Assembly: GCA_964016885.1 (NCBI GenBank)
Contig: OZ024753.1
Location: 9,300,001 to 9,364,000 of the forward strand
Length of the DNA: 64,000 nt
Direction: 5' to 3'
Origin: Eledone cirrhosa
Taxonomy: Eukaryota
Shown: positions 61,903-64,000 of the stretch, one piece after another
Numbering within the stretch: the stretch's first letter is position 1
Layout of the letters: each line of letters begins with the position of its first letter
Made by a program: the position numbers and the translations under genes
Notes under the pieces: generated by a model
The model's input: the letters and a program-made list of their open reading frames with translations, nothing else
Told to the model about the DNA's origin: nothing
Databases searched by the model: none

Positions 61903-62821
61903 AGCTCACCTTTTATCTGTAGGTGGCTTCTTGTGAGGCTGTATCTCATATGAGGTCTCATAGGAGTTTCAATGATAAGGGCCCCCAGTTCTACCTTTCC
62001 ATTTTCCTAGAGACAGGTGGTAGGATTTAAACTTACAATCACATAAACAGAACATGCATAACAAAGGATGCCATCCAATGTTTTATTGATTCTGTCAATC
62101 GATCAGCCTGAACTAGTTATTTACTTATCAATCTGAAAAGGATGAAAGGCAAAGTTGATCTCAGTCGGATTTGAGCTTAGAATGCAAAGATCTAGAACAA
62201 ATAATACAAGGCTTTTAATGTAAAGCTCTAATAACTCTGCCAATTTACTGCCTTGTAGTATTCATTGCTGACTAGTAGAAGATCTCAAGGACAGAAACTG
62301 AATGTTAATCATGCAAAGCAATGAAATTTTTATGGCATCTTCTCAACAGCAGTTTAACTCATAAACTATCTGGCTTTATAGTTAATTCTTTCAATTTCCA
62401 CTGGTTGTGAAATAGGTAGAATTAATTAACCTCCATGTTAAATAGTTAACAAGATATATTGAATTCTAGTCATGCAAATGTGTTGGAATAATCATATCAA
62501 AGTGATCCCTAGGGTCTTAAATATATGTATATAGCTACCTGTAATTATAACAACAAACCATACCTGACATTATTTAATCAAAGAAATTGGTTTCTTATAT
62601 GCATCTTCTCACTAGCATATGTTATCTTGTATGAAGAAACTTATCTTCCAATATCTGAGTCCAACACATTACAGAGTAGTATATAATTTACAACTGACAG
62701 AACTATGAAATTTAACAGAACTATGAGATTTATGACGGTTTCATTTGCTATCAGTGGAGTTATATAGGTCCCACTCACACTCTTCGAGATGTTATCTGCA
62801 AAACAGTTGAGTCCTTGCAGA

Positions 62822-62939
62822 ATTATATTTAACTGGAATGTTACTAAATAACACTGGAACAAAATATAAGCAAAGAAATCTTGGAATGGATAAAACTATC
62901 CATCCATCCTCCCATCCATGTATGTATCTTTAAAACAAC

Positions 62940-62991
<52 letters not shown>

Positions 62992-63175
62992 GTGATGGTG
63001 ATGACGTACAAGTATCACCATCATCATTATATTTAACTGGAATGCTACTAAATAACACTGGAACAAAATATAAGCAAAGAAATCTTGGAATGGACTAAAC
63101 CATCCATCCATCCTCCCATCCATGTATGTATCTATCTTTAAAACGAAGATGATGATGATGATGATGATGATGATA
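62822..63175. repeat. ~120-bp local duplication, each copy followed by (GAT)n
   Basis: ATTATATTTAACTGGAATG...CATGTATGTATCT twice. Confidence 0.85.
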
Positions 63176-63184
63176 TACAAGTAT

Positions 63185-64000
63185 CATCATCACCATCATT
63201 ACATCTATTTTCCATGCTTTCATTTGTTAGATGGTTTGTCAGATTCTGAGGTTAGACAAGACAGGTGACTGTGTCTCACTCATACATTCCAGTTTGGCAT
63301 GGTTTATATGGCTGGATGTTCTTCCTAATGCCAACCTCTCCATGGATCACACCACATGTGTGTTTATTATTGCAGCATCACTACCATCTGATAGAGGGAA
63401 CTGCGGGCTGTTTATCATAGCACCAACACTCTCACTTTACAGAGTGGGTTGGGTGCATTTTTATTGTGGCACCAGCACTACCACATTACAATGTGGAATG
63501 GGTGCATTTTATTGTGGCACCAGCACTACCACATTACAGTGTGGAATGGGTGCATTTTATTGTGGCACCAGCACTACCACTTTACAGTGTGGAATGGGTG
63601 CATTTTATTGTGGTACCAGCACTACCACATTACAGTGTGGAATGGGTGCATTTTATTGTGGTACCAGCACTACCACATTACAGTGTGGAATGAGTGCATT
63701 TTATTGTGGTACCAGCACTACCACATTACAGTGTGGAATGAGTGCATTTTATTGTGGAATGAGTGCATTTTATTGTGGCACCAGCACTACCACATTACAG
63801 TGTGGAATGAGTGCATTTTATTGTGGCACCAGCACTACCACATTACAATGTGGAATGGGTGCATTTTATTGTGGCACCAGCACTACCACTTTACAGTGTG
63901 GAATGGGTGCATTTTATTGTGAAACCAGCACTACTACATTTCAATGTGGGTTGGGTGCATTTTATTGTGGTACCAGCACTACCACATTACAGTGTGGAAT
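63185..64000 (-). mobile_element. Diverged RTE-type tail with 48-bp module array (63449 to window end)
   Basis: Unit GGGTGCATTTTATTGTGGCACCAGCACTACCACATTACAGTGTGGAAT is the reverse complement of the RTE module; GCTGGATGTTCTTCCTAATGCCAAC upstream. Confidence 0.8.

Overview
AT-rich, repeat-saturated eukaryotic DNA (intron or intergenic) with no confidently identifiable host gene. The TTAGGG repeat and the SINE/RTE repertoire suggest an octopus-like cephalopod; this is inference from remembered repeat consensi. Contents: (i) many 5'-truncated RTE-clade LINE 3' ends, plus CR1/L2-like and CRE-like fragments; (ii) two abundant tRNA-derived SINE families, one sharing its 3' tail with the RTE; (iii) a TTAA-specific piggyBac-type MITE family (about 14 copies or fragments) and Tc1/mariner/pogo-type MITEs and relics; (iv) a 5.9-kb minus-strand Helitron with both termini, a decayed PIF1 helicase, and an ~890-bp degenerate (TTAGGG)n array enclosed by perfect 32-bp inverted repeats; (v) many minisatellites, most of which visibly grew from inside a transposon. 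Most notable: (vi) at least seven unrelated short elements, nearly all bordered by (TA)n, carry intact or slightly degenerate type I hammerhead ribozyme motifs. Several are head-to-head fold-back palindromes, the footprint expected of Penelope-like or retrozyme-type retroelements. Most ORF-track entries are microsatellite or satellite artefacts. Coordinates were read by eye and fuzzy repeat edges are approximate.
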